Positions 9,502 to 19,046 of a stretch of DNA of 32,000 nt are shown here, in pieces; within the stretch, counting starts at the first letter, position 1; each line of letters begins with the position of its first letter. The position numbers and the translations under genes are program-made. Below the pieces are notes generated by a model. That model was not told the DNA's origin. It did no database searches and saw only the letters and a program-made list of their open reading frames with translations. The stretch spans positions 120,001 to 152,000 of the forward strand of contig NC_006138.1 of the NCBI RefSeq assembly GCF_000025945.1, given 5' to 3'. Source of the stretch: Desulfotalea psychrophila LSv54 (GTDB taxonomy: Bacteria > Desulfobacterota > Desulfobulbia > Desulfobulbales > Desulfocapsaceae).

Positions 9502-10374
9502 ATGAATTTCCAAAATATTATTTTTGAACTTAACAACTATTGGGCCGAGCAGGGTTGTGTTGTCCAACAACCCTATGACATGGAAGTGGGTGCCGGAACA
9601 TTTCACCCAGCCACCCTACTGCGTTCACTGGGGCCAGAACCATGGAAGGCGGCATACGCTCAGCCATCAAGACGGCCAACAGATGGACGCTACGGCGAAA
9701 ACCCAAACAGGTTGCAACATTACTACCAGTATCAGGTAGTGATGAAGCCATCGCCACTCAATATCCAAGAACTGTACCTTGGTAGCCTCAAACGCTTTGG
9801 CCTCAACCTTCTCGAACACGACATCCGTTTTGTTGAAGATGACTGGGAATCACCGACCCTTGGTGCCTCCGGACTCGGTTGGGAAATTTGGCTCGACGGC
9901 ATGGAAATTTCCCAATTTACCTATTTCCAACAGGCAGGCTCCATCGATCTCACGCCCACCACGGTCGAGATCACCTATGGACTTGAACGCATAGCCATGT
10001 ATCTACAGGGCGTAGAAAGCGTCTACGACATTGCCTGGAACGACGAGGTCACCTATGGGGAGATCTTTCATCAGGCCGAGGTTGAGTTCTCTACCTTCAA
10101 CTTTGAAGAGGCTAACGTAGAAAAGCTGACTGACTTCTTCAACTCCTTTGAAGAAGAGGCACATAAGCTCATTGCCAAGAAACTTATTCTTCCCGCCTAC
10201 GATTACTGCCTCAAATGCTCACACACCTTCAATCTACTGGATGCCAGAAAGGCAATCAGTGTAACAGAACGCACCCGCTATATTGGCAGAATTCGTAACA
10301 TCGCCCGAGGCGTTGCCGAACAGTACGTCATTCAGCGTGCGGAGCTTGGTCATCCACTGATCAAAAACAAATAG
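9502..10374 (+). CDS. glyQ: Glycine--tRNA ligase alpha subunit
   Basis: The 290-aa product is highly diagnostic ([72 protein letters not shown]). Confidence 0.97.
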   Translation: MNFQNIIFELNNYWAEQGCVVQQPYDMEVGAGTFHPATLLRSLGPEPWKAAYAQPSRRPTDGRYGENPNRLQHYYQYQVVMKPSPLNIQELYLGSLKRFGLNLLEHDIRFVEDDWESPTLGASGLGWEIWLDGMEISQFTYFQQAGSIDLTPTTVEITYGLERIAMYLQGVESVYDIAWNDEVTYGEIFHQAEVEFSTFNFEEANVEKLTDFFNSFEEEAHKLIAKKLILPAYDYCLKCSHTFNLLDARKAISVTERTRYIGRIRNIARGVAEQYVIQRAELGHPLIKNK

Positions 10375-10718
10375 GGCCGTAGAGATATCCCCTCAAGAGA
10401 GGGGATATCAGCATTACCAATCCCTGATAATTGACCCCGCAAGCACTCTTCATTCTTCACGAATTCAGGCTTATAGTTCTTCATAAGCATTCGTGTCTGT
10501 CCTAGCCATTCATCCTTTGAGGTCACGATAAAAAACGGTTGATTAGGCAGGTGCCTTATGATGAAGTAATGGGCATTGGTGGTAATTAATATATCATCGA
10601 TGACTTCATTTTCAGCAAGAAGACTCATCGCCTTCTCATTTGATTTTACAATAAAGACAAGACAGGCGGAGGCCATTTGCGCCACAAGTCCCTGGAGTTT
10701 ATTGATCAAGCTCAACAA
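10350..10718 (-). CDS. Hypothetical protein, possibly a degenerate Roadblock/LC7-like domain
   Basis: Track ORF with a TTG start (an alternative ATG is at 10676). The central part ([42 protein letters not shown]) loosely resembles the C-terminal half of Roadblock/LC7. Against it: the RBS is weak, the 3' end overlaps glyQ by 25 nt, and the frame reads through the 10384-10409 hairpin. Confidence 0.35.
   Translation of the reverse strand: MLSLINKLQGLVAQMASACLVFIVKSNEKAMSLLAENEVIDDILITTNAHYFIIRHLPNQPFFIVTSKDEWLGQTRMLMKNYKPEFVKNEECLRGQLSGIGNADIPSLEGISLRPYLFLISG
10384..10409 (+). terminator. Strong hairpin 10 nt after the glyQ stop (terminator-like, no U-tract)
   Basis: A perfect 11-bp stem GATATCCCCTC / GAGGGGATATC has an AAGA tetraloop. 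No T-run follows, so it may be an atypical terminator or an mRNA-stabilising hairpin. Confidence 0.45.
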
Positions 10719-10825
10719 AAAGCAACCCTAACAAAAGAAAAGAATACCACTCTATCTGACTAATGTGAATTAGATATTTCTTGAAGCCCCTCAAACAAAA
10801 CCATATCTCATAGTTAGGAACGTTC

Positions 10826-11728
10826 ATGCCTGAAAAAACAGCTCGCCCCCTACTCATCTACCTCTACTTAACTCTCACCATGTTTTTTTGGGCAGGTACA
10901 TTCGTCGCAGGCAGAATCCTAGGGCAGAACCTACCTCCGAGTGTAGCCGGTTTTCTTCGTTTTTTTGTTGCCTCTAGCAGTCTTTTTCTCGTCCTTAGGA
11001 TAAAATTCGGAGCCATACCACGACCGGAAAAAGAACAACTACTCCCCCTCCTCCTCCTTGGTTTCACAGGTATCTTTGCCTACAACATCTTCTTTTTCAA
11101 AGGATTACAGCATATCGAAGCTGGCAGAGCCGCCCTCTTTATCGCAGCCACGCCACTGATGATTACCATTACCGCAACCCTTTTCCTCAAGGAGAGACTC
11201 TCCTTGAAGGGATTTCTGGGCGTACTCCTCTCCTTTACCGGAGCCGTGATAGTAATCAGCAATGGACACCCAGAAAAAGTACTGCAGGGAGGCTTTGGCA
11301 TAGGCGAGCAGTCCCTGCTTGGCTGTGCAGCAAGCTGGGCAGCCTACACCCTGGCCAGCCGTAAGGTATTAATCTCCATGTCACCTCTTTCAGCAGTCTG
11401 CTTCTCATGCATGTTGGGAACAGCAATGCTCTTCCCCTTTGCCATAGGCGATGGTCTCTTTACCCTTATGCCACAGATTACGGACCTAGGCTGGATCTGC
11501 GTACTCTATATGGGGGTCGGCGGCACAGCCCTTGGCTTTTGTTGGTACTACAAGGCCCTGAAAGCAATCGGCACGACCAAGACATCAATATTTCTCAACC
11601 TTGTCCCTATCTTCACCCTGATTCTGGGCCATTTCATTCTCGGAGAATATGTCAACATCTCTGTACTTGCAGGCGGACTGCTGGTCTTAACAGGTGTAAC
11701 AATTACCAATTTTCAAAAAGATAATTAA
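10826..11728 (+). CDS. EamA/DMT-family transporter
   Basis: The 300-aa product has about 10 hydrophobic helices, two EamA-like halves, [10 protein letters not shown] near the N-terminus and a typical G-rich final helix. Confidence 0.9.
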   Translation: MPEKTARPLLIYLYLTLTMFFWAGTFVAGRILGQNLPPSVAGFLRFFVASSSLFLVLRIKFGAIPRPEKEQLLPLLLLGFTGIFAYNIFFFKGLQHIEAGRAALFIAATPLMITITATLFLKERLSLKGFLGVLLSFTGAVIVISNGHPEKVLQGGFGIGEQSLLGCAASWAAYTLASRKVLISMSPLSAVCFSCMLGTAMLFPFAIGDGLFTLMPQITDLGWICVLYMGVGGTALGFCWYYKALKAIGTTKTSIFLNLVPIFTLILGHFILGEYVNISVLAGGLLVLTGVTITNFQKDN

Positions 11729-11730
11729 CT

Positions 11731-12180
11731 ATGCGAGCTGTCATTCAACGAAGTAAAGAGGCCTCGGTCACCGTAGCAAATAATATTGTCGGCGAAATAG
11801 AGCATGGCCTTGTGGTTTTTCTCGGCGTGCAGGCAAGCGACACGGAAAAAGAGATCAAATGGATGGCAGAGAAAATACGCCATCTGCGTATTTTTGAAGA
11901 CGATGAAGGAAAAATGAACCATTCATTACAAGACAGGGGGGGAAAGATGCTTATTGTCTCCCAATTCACCCTCTATGGTGACTGTCGAAAAGGTAGGCGC
12001 CCCAGTTACTCCCAGGCCGCCAACCCCGAATTTGCCAAAAGGATTTACGACCTCTTTATAGAAGAGGTCAAAAAGAGCGGTTTAGAGGTGGCGACGGGAA
12101 TATTCCAGGCTGACATGGATGTACAACTCATAAATGATGGTCCTGTTACCATGCTACTCGATTCAGAAAAGATCTTCTAA
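11731..12180 (+). CDS. dtd: D-aminoacyl-tRNA deacylase
   Basis: Motifs [44 protein letters not shown] and INDGPVT are present. The start is 3 nt after the EamA stop. Confidence 0.95.
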   Translation: MRAVIQRSKEASVTVANNIVGEIEHGLVVFLGVQASDTEKEIKWMAEKIRHLRIFEDDEGKMNHSLQDRGGKMLIVSQFTLYGDCRKGRRPSYSQAANPEFAKRIYDLFIEEVKKSGLEVATGIFQADMDVQLINDGPVTMLLDSEKIF

Positions 12181-12230
12181 CAGCTACAGACCCATATTTT
12201 TCTCTCAACCTCAGAAATCACAAAGAGCAA

Positions 12231-15149
12231 ATGACCTATATTAATGGAAAAGAGTACTTTCAGTTCATCCTAAAGAAGAAGCTTTTTATCGCCGAAATAA
12301 ACTCCACCGTTTATCTCTTTGAACATAGCCGCCTGGGATGCCCCGTTGTTGCCATAAAAAACGATGACCACAATAAAACCTTCTCTGCGGCCTTCAACAC
12401 CATCCCTACCGATTCAACGGGCGTTGCCCACATCCTTGAGCACTCCGTCCTGATGGGTTCTGAAAAGTACCCGGTAAAGGATGTCTTTGGCGAGATACAT
12501 AAGGGCGGGCTCATGACCTTTCTCAATGCCATGACGGGATCAGACATCACCTATTACCCCTTTGCCACCAGAAATATCAAAGAATATTTCAGCATAATGG
12601 ATGTCTACTGTGACGTGGTATTTAAGCCACTCCTCGATCCAGCAACCTTCGAGCAGGAAGGTTGGCACTATCATCAAGAGGCAGAGGATGCCCCCCTGGA
12701 ATTTCAAGGCGTGGTCTATAATGAGATGAAGGGTGCCTTTTCAGATCCTATTCGCCATATTTTCCACAATATATACGGTGGACTTATGCCCGACTCCACC
12801 TACGCCCACGAGTCAGGCGGAGACCCCAGAAACATCCCCGATCTCAGCTACCAGGAGTTCTGCGATTTCCACAGCCAGCACTACCATGCCAGCAATGGTA
12901 TGTATTTTTTCTATGGAGATGCCCCCCTGGAAGAAGAGCTCCAATATCTCGAGAAAAAATTTGACGCCCACTTTCCAGAAAAGGGTGAAAAAGCGGTAGT
13001 CATAGAAGGCCCGGGAATTAAGTCCCCTGTTTCCATTCACAAAACCTATGCGGTGGATTCCACTGACACAAAAGAGAAGACCTTTATTGCCGTTGGCACC
13101 AACATAGCCAAGGTCACCGAACGAGAAAAGAATACCGCCTTCCAAATTATCGCCAATATCCTCTTTAACTCAGATGCCTCTCCTCTAAAAAATCGTATTG
13201 TCTCAAGTGGACTCTGTAAGGATTTTGGCGGACTCTACATGGCATCATCCTCCTACCAGACCTTTATGCTCAGCTATTTGGTGGGAAGTGAAGCGGAACA
13301 TCAAGAAGAATTCGTCCGGATCTACCAAGAGGCACTGCAGGATATGGTAGAGAATGGGCTTGACCACGAACTGGTGCTCTCTGAGCTCAATAAATTTGAA
13401 TTTGACTATCGAGAAGATTCGAGCAAGGCACAACGAGGACTGGACCTTATCGGCAAGGTTATGCCCGCTCTAAAATATGGAATGGACCCCTTTGCCTGCC
13501 TGGAAAACGAGTCAATGCTACAGGACCTGCGCAAAAAGGCCTTGGAAGAGGGTTATTTTGAGCAGCTTATCAAAGAATTCCTCCTCGATAACCCTGCCAC
13601 GGTCACCCTCAGCCTAAGCCCCGACCCCCAAAAACAGCTCAGCACCAAGGCTGAAGAGGAGGCGCGCCTACAGAGCTACGACCAACAACTGAGCGAGACT
13701 GAAAAGGTACAGCGCATTGCCCGCACCCAAGAGCTGATGCAAGAGCAGCAGGAAGCCAATAGCGTTGAAAATTTGGCCCTCTTACCAAGTTTGACCCTTA
13801 AGGATCTCTCAACATCCTTTGATTTCCACCAGGCAAGTACCGTTAAGGTGGCAGATAAAGATGTTTTAATCAGTGATCTTGACACCAACCACATCGCCTA
13901 TATAGATCTGGGCTTTGATTTTTCCGCCATCCCAGCTCACCTCCTCCCTTGGTTCGATATCTTTGGCACCATTATCACCGAAATAGGTACCGAGCAGCTC
14001 AACTATATGTCCTTTGCCAAGGAGGTTGCAACCAGCACAGGTGGTTTCTCCTTCTCTGCAAGCGTCTATGGCAACATCGACCGGGAGAAGACCCCACGTC
14101 CCATCGCCTGGTTTCACCTAAAATGCTTGCCGGACTATCTGGAAAGGGCAGTAAGCCTTATCAGCTCCCTACTCAGCAAACCATCCTTTGCCGACCGGGC
14201 TCGAATTCAGGAGATTGTCGGCCGGGAATTTGCCTGGACTGATCACTCCGCCCAGAGCGAAGGATATGGCCTTGCCGCCGGACGAGCTGAGGCACAGCTC
14301 AGTATAGGCGGAGCTTACCGGGAAATGTATGGTGGGATCACCGCCTATCGAGCCCTGAAAGACCTTGCTCTGAACTATGAGCAAAGAGAAGAGACCTTTC
14401 TGGCAGGACTAGAGGAGATAGCGCATCTCCTTCTCAATCAACAGAACCTGCAAATAGGCATCACGGCAAACAGACCGCAGATAGAGCACTTCCTAAAACT
14501 CTGCCCGGCTCTTATCAAGAGCCTCCCTACACACAGAGTCAGCCGCCAGAAACCGCCAGTAATGAACCTGGCAAAGCATGAGGCATTTATTACCTCGGCA
14601 GAGGTTGTCTTTGCCATCCAGGGGGCAAACCTCTTCCCTCAGGGCAGCGGTTACAACGGCCACTTCGAGGTGCTTAAAACCTATTTTTCCAGGGATTATC
14701 TGTGGAATACAGTACGGCAAATGGGTGGAGCCTACGGCTGTTTTATCCAGTTCAGTCAGCTCAATGGCAATATGCTCTTTGTCAGCTACCGTGATCCACA
14801 GGTTGCTAAAACCTACGATGCCTATAACAGGGTCGCCGAGGTAACCAAAAACCTCTCCCTGCCACGCGAGGTGATGGACCAGCTTATTATTGGCACCTAT
14901 GGTGGATTCACCCCACACCAGAGCCAGGCAAGCAGAGGGGCAGTTGCCCGCAATGAGTTCATCAGCGGTATCACTCCCCAATATAAAGAGGCACGGATTG
15001 AGGAGATCATCTCAACAGAGGTTGGCGATCTACGCAAATTTGCGCCTCTTCTGGAGGAGATGCTGACAAAGAGCCATAGAACAGCTATTGGTAATAGAGC
15101 AAAGCTTGAACAGGATGCATCTCTCTTTGACAGGGTAGAAGAGCTCTAA
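12231..15149 (+). CDS. M16C-family (PreP/presequence-protease-like) zinc metallopeptidase
   Basis: The 972-aa product has an inverted zinc motif HILEH in GVAHILEHSVLMGSEKYPVKDVF, plus VVYNEMKG. Its length and four-domain layout are typical of PreP-like insulinase-family enzymes. Confidence 0.93.
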   Translation: MTYINGKEYFQFILKKKLFIAEINSTVYLFEHSRLGCPVVAIKNDDHNKTFSAAFNTIPTDSTGVAHILEHSVLMGSEKYPVKDVFGEIHKGGLMTFLNAMTGSDITYYPFATRNIKEYFSIMDVYCDVVFKPLLDPATFEQEGWHYHQEAEDAPLEFQGVVYNEMKGAFSDPIRHIFHNIYGGLMPDSTYAHESGGDPRNIPDLSYQEFCDFHSQHYHASNGMYFFYGDAPLEEELQYLEKKFDAHFPEKGEKAVVIEGPGIKSPVSIHKTYAVDSTDTKEKTFIAVGTNIAKVTEREKNTAFQIIANILFNSDASPLKNRIVSSGLCKDFGGLYMASSSYQTFMLSYLVGSEAEHQEEFVRIYQEALQDMVENGLDHELVLSELNKFEFDYREDSSKAQRGLDLIGKVMPALKYGMDPFACLENESMLQDLRKKALEEGYFEQLIKEFLLDNPATVTLSLSPDPQKQLSTKAEEEARLQSYDQQLSETEKVQRIARTQELMQEQQEANSVENLALLPSLTLKDLSTSFDFHQASTVKVADKDVLISDLDTNHIAYIDLGFDFSAIPAHLLPWFDIFGTIITEIGTEQLNYMSFAKEVATSTGGFSFSASVYGNIDREKTPRPIAWFHLKCLPDYLERAVSLISSLLSKPSFADRARIQEIVGREFAWTDHSAQSEGYGLAAGRAEAQLSIGGAYREMYGGITAYRALKDLALNYEQREETFLAGLEEIAHLLLNQQNLQIGITANRPQIEHFLKLCPALIKSLPTHRVSRQKPPVMNLAKHEAFITSAEVVFAIQGANLFPQGSGYNGHFEVLKTYFSRDYLWNTVRQMGGAYGCFIQFSQLNGNMLFVSYRDPQVAKTYDAYNRVAEVTKNLSLPREVMDQLIIGTYGGFTPHQSQASRGAVARNEFISGITPQYKEARIEEIISTEVGDLRKFAPLLEEMLTKSHRTAIGNRAKLEQDASLFDRVEEL

Positions 15150-15153
15150 CAGA

Positions 15154-15194
15154 AAAGAGGCCTTACTGTGGTAACAATAAGGCCTCTTTTCATT
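15154..15194. terminator. Hairpin terminator between convergent genes
   Basis: A 12-bp stem AAAGAGGCCTTA (15154-15165) / TAAGGCCTCTTT (15178-15189) has a 12-nt loop and a T-rich 3' side. Confidence 0.6.
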
Positions 15195-15232
15195 GGGAAT
15201 ATCCCGGTCATCAAACTTAGCAAGACAGGGTA

Positions 15233-15469
15233 TTACTGCTGGTCAGCAGGAATATCAGATTCTTCCATAAGTTTTACGTCATCACGGTCAAGAACCATCT
15301 CCCTGCCATCGGGACCTGTAAAACTTAACTGATCATGACTGTCCACCTCAGGACGATCCTGGGCATAATAGACCTCACCGGCAACGGTGGTAATCTTATA
15401 AGGCTGACTACAGGCAATAAGCTGCGTAGCGACAAACAGTACAAGCGCACATAGTATGGTTCTTCCCAT
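15233..15469 (-). CDS. YgdI/YgdR-family (DUF903) small lipoprotein
   Basis: The 78-aa product has lipobox QLIAC/S followed by QPYKITTVAGEVYYAQDRPEVD...FTGPDGREMVLDRDDVKLMEE. A GGAGGAAG RBS is present. Confidence 0.75.
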   Translation of the reverse strand: MGRTILCALVLFVATQLIACSQPYKITTVAGEVYYAQDRPEVDSHDQLSFTGPDGREMVLDRDDVKLMEESDIPADQQ

Positions 15470-15599
15470 AACTTCCTCCTAGCATACAGATATTTGTTTA
15501 AAAACTGATGCGCCACCGATACAAGTGGGCAGAGACACTCACAGAGAATCAACCTTCGACAAGGAGCCAAGAAGGGGCCCTCTTTTCCATGAGGGGACT

Positions 15600-16055
15600 C
15601 TAATTTTGCAGGTGCCACTTACCATAGGCGTCACGGCAGGCCGTTGTATGAGCAATCTCCTTACGGCCGTCAACAACAGCCTCTACGGTCGCCTCACGAC
15701 AAATTTTTCTAGTACTCTCATTGGTGTAGGAAGGTTGCGGAATAACTCTATACTGATTGCCGGAGTCAGGATTAACCCAGGCAGTTGCCTGCCCCGAAGG
15801 CCCCCTTTCATAGACGGTATTTAAACGCTGCTGATCAGCCTTATCCATCTCATTACCAATGACATAACCAAGCACTCCACCAATTGCTGCGCCCAAAAGA
15901 GTTGCCTGAGTATTATGCCCTATGGCCTGACCTATGAGGGCACCTGCGGCAGCCCCACCTACACCGCCCTGGCCACCCTTATTCATATTACTACCTGCAC
16001 ATGAACTCAGAGAGAGAGTTAAGGCTACAGCGCCAACTGCTAATAATTTCCTCAT
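15600..16055 (-). CDS. Glycine-zipper (17-kDa surface antigen / SlyB-like) lipoprotein
   Basis: I chose the ATG at 16055 (GGAG is 6 nt upstream) over the track start at 16097. The lipobox is LSLSSC/A. A glycine zipper follows (GGVGGAAAGALIGQAIG...LLGAAIGGVLGYVIG), then a C-terminal Cys-containing domain. Confidence 0.8.
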   Translation of the reverse strand: MRKLLAVGAVALTLSLSSCAGSNMNKGGQGGVGGAAAGALIGQAIGHNTQATLLGAAIGGVLGYVIGNEMDKADQQRLNTVYERGPSGQATAWVNPDSGNQYRVIPQPSYTNESTRKICREATVEAVVDGRKEIAHTTACRDAYGKWHLQN

Positions 16056-16147
16056 AGACGGCTCCACATTATGGCATAACACCAATATATTTTTCACAGC
16101 AATTCAGCTATGTACTCATTCTTTTTAACAATTCCGACCCAAACCCC

Positions 16148-16669
16148 CTACTTTGTGAGTGAAGACCAGGCATTACGTATTTTATCTACCATCCTCTGCC
16201 ACAGGCTTTTAGCTTTCTCCTTGGTATCACCAGCACCATCTTTGACGGCATCAATACCATCTTTGCTCTTCTCTTTAACAACAGCGACACCCTCTTTGCC
16301 CTTTTCTTTACTGTCCTGCAAAACCTTGGCAGTAGATTCCTTGGTCTTTTCATAGCCCTTAGAGGTAACATCCTTAGTGTCCTGCCAAGCATCCCCTGTA
16401 ACGTCTTTGGCTTTATCATAGCCCTTAGAGGCAGCCTCTTTAGTATCCTGCCAAGCCTCAGTTCCAGCTTTTTTGCTATCCTGAAGGAGCTCATGACCGG
16501 CCTCCTTAGACTTCTGCCAGGTGCTATCCTGAGGTTGAGTAGGCATGACCTGTGCCTGATTCTCTGCAGGCTGAATATTAGAATCGTCCTTAACCTCAGC
16601 AAGCGCAACAGAGGAGCTCAGCAAAAGTAGTAAACAGCAGGCTAGAAACTTCTTCGATACATGTTTCAT
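16148..16669 (-). CDS. Secreted Lys/Asp/Glu-rich protein with 22-aa (2 x 11) tandem repeats, LEA/apolipoprotein-like
   Basis: I chose the ATG at 16669 (GGAG is 7 nt upstream); the track extension to 16786 has no coding character. The signal peptide is MKHVSKKFLACCLLLLLSSSVALA/E. Repeats are AWQDTKEAASKGYDKAKDVTGD / AWQDTKDVTSKGYEKTKESTAK plus degenerate flanking copies. Confidence 0.75.
   Translation of the reverse strand: MKHVSKKFLACCLLLLLSSSVALAEVKDDSNIQPAENQAQVMPTQPQDSTWQKSKEAGHELLQDSKKAGTEAWQDTKEAASKGYDKAKDVTGDAWQDTKDVTSKGYEKTKESTAKVLQDSKEKGKEGVAVVKEKSKDGIDAVKDGAGDTKEKAKSLWQRMVDKIRNAWSSLTK
16351..16456. repeat. 66-nt-period tandem repeat inside the repeat-protein gene
   Basis: CATAGCCCTTAGAGGTAACATCCTTAGTGTCCTGCCAAGC (16351-16390) versus CATAGCCCTTAGAGGCAGCCTCTTTAGTATCCTGCCAAGC (16417-16456). 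The offset is 66 nt, which equals 22 codons. Confidence 0.8.
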
Positions 16670-16922
16670 AGAGACTCCACTATGGTATAATTTTAATCTT
16701 ACTGAGTAGCCTTCCCCCAGCCTTTTCTTTTTCCTATAAAAAAGGGTTCTTATAGAAAGGGTATTAAAAGAAGGACGAAAAACCAACCGTTTTTTAACTT
16801 TTTATTACAATTTCACCCCTATTTAGAACAAAAATTTGTTCTTTTATCCATCAGTGTATATTGTAGAAAAATGATTTTACTAGATATATTAAAAATTCAC
16901 GCTTCCCCTTACAGATAAAAAA

Positions 16923-18287
16923 ATGAAAACATCTTCGAGATATATTGCGGCCGAAACACTTTGCCAGGTCTACAAAAAACAACAGCCGGTAAAACCAATT
17001 CTGGAAAAACTGTGCCAACAAAAACAGCTCAACCCACGGGAACGATCTCTGGCCATGAATATGGTCTTCGGGGTACTGAGAAAACGCCAATATCTCGATA
17101 TATTACTGCGAAAACTCAGCACAGTACGCCTAAAAAAGCTTGATCCTTTTGTCCACCAGGCACTGACGGTGGGCCTTTACCAACTATTTTTTCTCGATTC
17201 AATCCCTGAATCTGCCATCGTTAATGAAGCTGTCAATAGCTGTAAAACAGCCAAAGTACATAAACGACTCCATGGGTTCGTCAACGGCATACTGCGTAAT
17301 GCAACAAGACAAAAAGAGGCTCTTGCCAATGGCATGAAAGAGCAGGAACAGGAAATCCACACCACCCCGAGTGGGTTGTTCAAACGATGGCAGGAGCGCT
17401 TCGGCCTTGAAAAGGCAAGATACATCTGTGAAATTAACGGTGAGGAGCCACCTCTGACTCTGCGGGTTAACAGTACAAAGACCAGCATTGACGATTTTGA
17501 GGCCCTCCTTACCAGAGAGGGAATTACGGGCACAAGAGGGCCGGCCCCTGAAAGCCTTATCATCGAAGACTACCAAGGCCTTATTGGTGATATTCCCGGC
17601 TATAAGGATGGCCTTTTCCAGGTGCAGGACAGTGCCGCTCAACTGGCGTCTCTGCTCCTCCTCCCCATAAAATCGGGTGGACACTACCTCGACGCCTGTG
17701 CCGGTCTGGGAGGGAAAACGAGCCATATCATCCAGTTAGGCGCGGACAAAGAGATAAAGGTGATAGCCGTTGAACCAGATGCCAAACGGAAAGAAAAATT
17801 TATCACCAATATAGAACGACTCTTTACTCACCATGAGGTAGAGCTACACCCCACCTCTTTGCAGGAATTCAAAGCCAGCAACACCCAAGCCTTCGATGGC
17901 ATCCTGGTCGACGCCCCATGCTCCGGCACAGGCGTTATACGCCGACAGCCAGACATTCGTTGGAACCGCAAAGAGGAAGATTTCCTGCAGAAGCAGATCA
18001 TCCAACTGGAAATTTTAAGCCTGGCCGCAGAGATGTTGGCCCCGACAGGAATACTGGTATATGCAACCTGCTCTCTTGAGATTGAAGAGAACGAGGATCT
18101 TATTAAAAAATTTCTTCTCCTCTTCCCTGACTTCTACTTGACGGACTGCCAGAATTACCTACCTGAAGAGGTAGGCGAGCATATTCGCCCGGCAAAAGAT
18201 GGTGATGGGAGCTTCTTTGCCCCCCTTCCCTCTAAGAGACTTGATGGTTTTTTTGCAGCACGCCTTGCCAGAAGAGATAAGCAGTAA
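16923..18287 (+). CDS. rsmB: 16S rRNA (cytosine967-C5)-methyltransferase
   Basis: An N-terminal NusB-like domain is followed by a SAM methyltransferase domain (DACAGLGGKT, ILVDAPCSGTGVIRRQPDIRW, LVYATCS). Confidence 0.92.
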   Translation: MKTSSRYIAAETLCQVYKKQQPVKPILEKLCQQKQLNPRERSLAMNMVFGVLRKRQYLDILLRKLSTVRLKKLDPFVHQALTVGLYQLFFLDSIPESAIVNEAVNSCKTAKVHKRLHGFVNGILRNATRQKEALANGMKEQEQEIHTTPSGLFKRWQERFGLEKARYICEINGEEPPLTLRVNSTKTSIDDFEALLTREGITGTRGPAPESLIIEDYQGLIGDIPGYKDGLFQVQDSAAQLASLLLLPIKSGGHYLDACAGLGGKTSHIIQLGADKEIKVIAVEPDAKRKEKFITNIERLFTHHEVELHPTSLQEFKASNTQAFDGILVDAPCSGTGVIRRQPDIRWNRKEEDFLQKQIIQLEILSLAAEMLAPTGILVYATCSLEIEENEDLIKKFLLLFPDFYLTDCQNYLPEEVGEHIRPAKDGDGSFFAPLPSKRLDGFFAARLARRDKQ

Positions 18288-18431
18288 GGTTTTCTTTGCT
18301 ATCCGCCCCTCTTTTATGTACATTTAGCCTGCTTTTAAAAGGCATAATTTAAAATTAATTTTCTCTAACGAAGCGATCTGGCTCAGGGGAAATACACAAA
18401 TAATTACTAATGAAAATAATAGGATAAAAGA

Positions 18432-19010
18432 ATGGCTGAAATAAAAAGTACCATAGAAATGGTTCTTGAACGAGCTGCAAGAATGGAAAAAGAGACAACA
18501 GAGGTGACAGGCGCAGATTACAGCAGAGACGGAATGCGACTGGGGGCAAGCTTTATGAACGGAAAAGAGGCCGATATAATGGCATCTTTACGAGCCCAGG
18601 ATGAAGACAAACAGACAAGCATGAAGTCCGGAATCCTGCAAACCCTGCTACGAAATATCACCCTGCCACGGGATACAGATATGCAAGCCGCAGCTCATAA
18701 AGCGCTCTCCGGCCTTATTGAACTCTGTCAGGGAGTGGAGGAGCCTGCAAATATTTGCACTGAGCTTCAAACAATAGTGGACCAGTATGCCCAGCATAAG
18801 GAGCAATCGACTGAACAACTCGAAAATGCCCTTCGGGACCAGATGCAACAACAGTATGCCGCGCAGGGCAGAGAGGGCCAGGAAGTAAATCCGGTAGCAC
18901 ACCCTCAGTATGCAGCAGAGCTCTCCAAAATGCTCGATGACCTCAACCAGCAATATACTCAGGCCATAGAGCAGCGTAAGGAGATCATTACCCAACTTAT
19001 AGGGGCTTAA
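18432..19010 (+). CDS. Hypothetical helical protein
   Basis: A 192-aa ORF with clean coding character. It is Gln/Glu-rich and predicted all-helical. I recognise no motif. Confidence 0.65.
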   Translation: MAEIKSTIEMVLERAARMEKETTEVTGADYSRDGMRLGASFMNGKEADIMASLRAQDEDKQTSMKSGILQTLLRNITLPRDTDMQAAAHKALSGLIELCQGVEEPANICTELQTIVDQYAQHKEQSTEQLENALRDQMQQQYAAQGREGQEVNPVAHPQYAAELSKMLDDLNQQYTQAIEQRKEIITQLIGA

Positions 19011-19046
19011 ACCATATTAAAAGCAGGAAAACACGGGGATAGTGCT

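Noticed and set aside
16670-16786. An N-terminal extension of the repeat-protein ORF (track start 16786).
   Set aside because: The extension (MVFRPSFNTLSIRTLFYRKKKRLGEGYSV...) has no coding character and would bury the signal peptide. The ATG at 16669 has a GGAG RBS at proper spacing.
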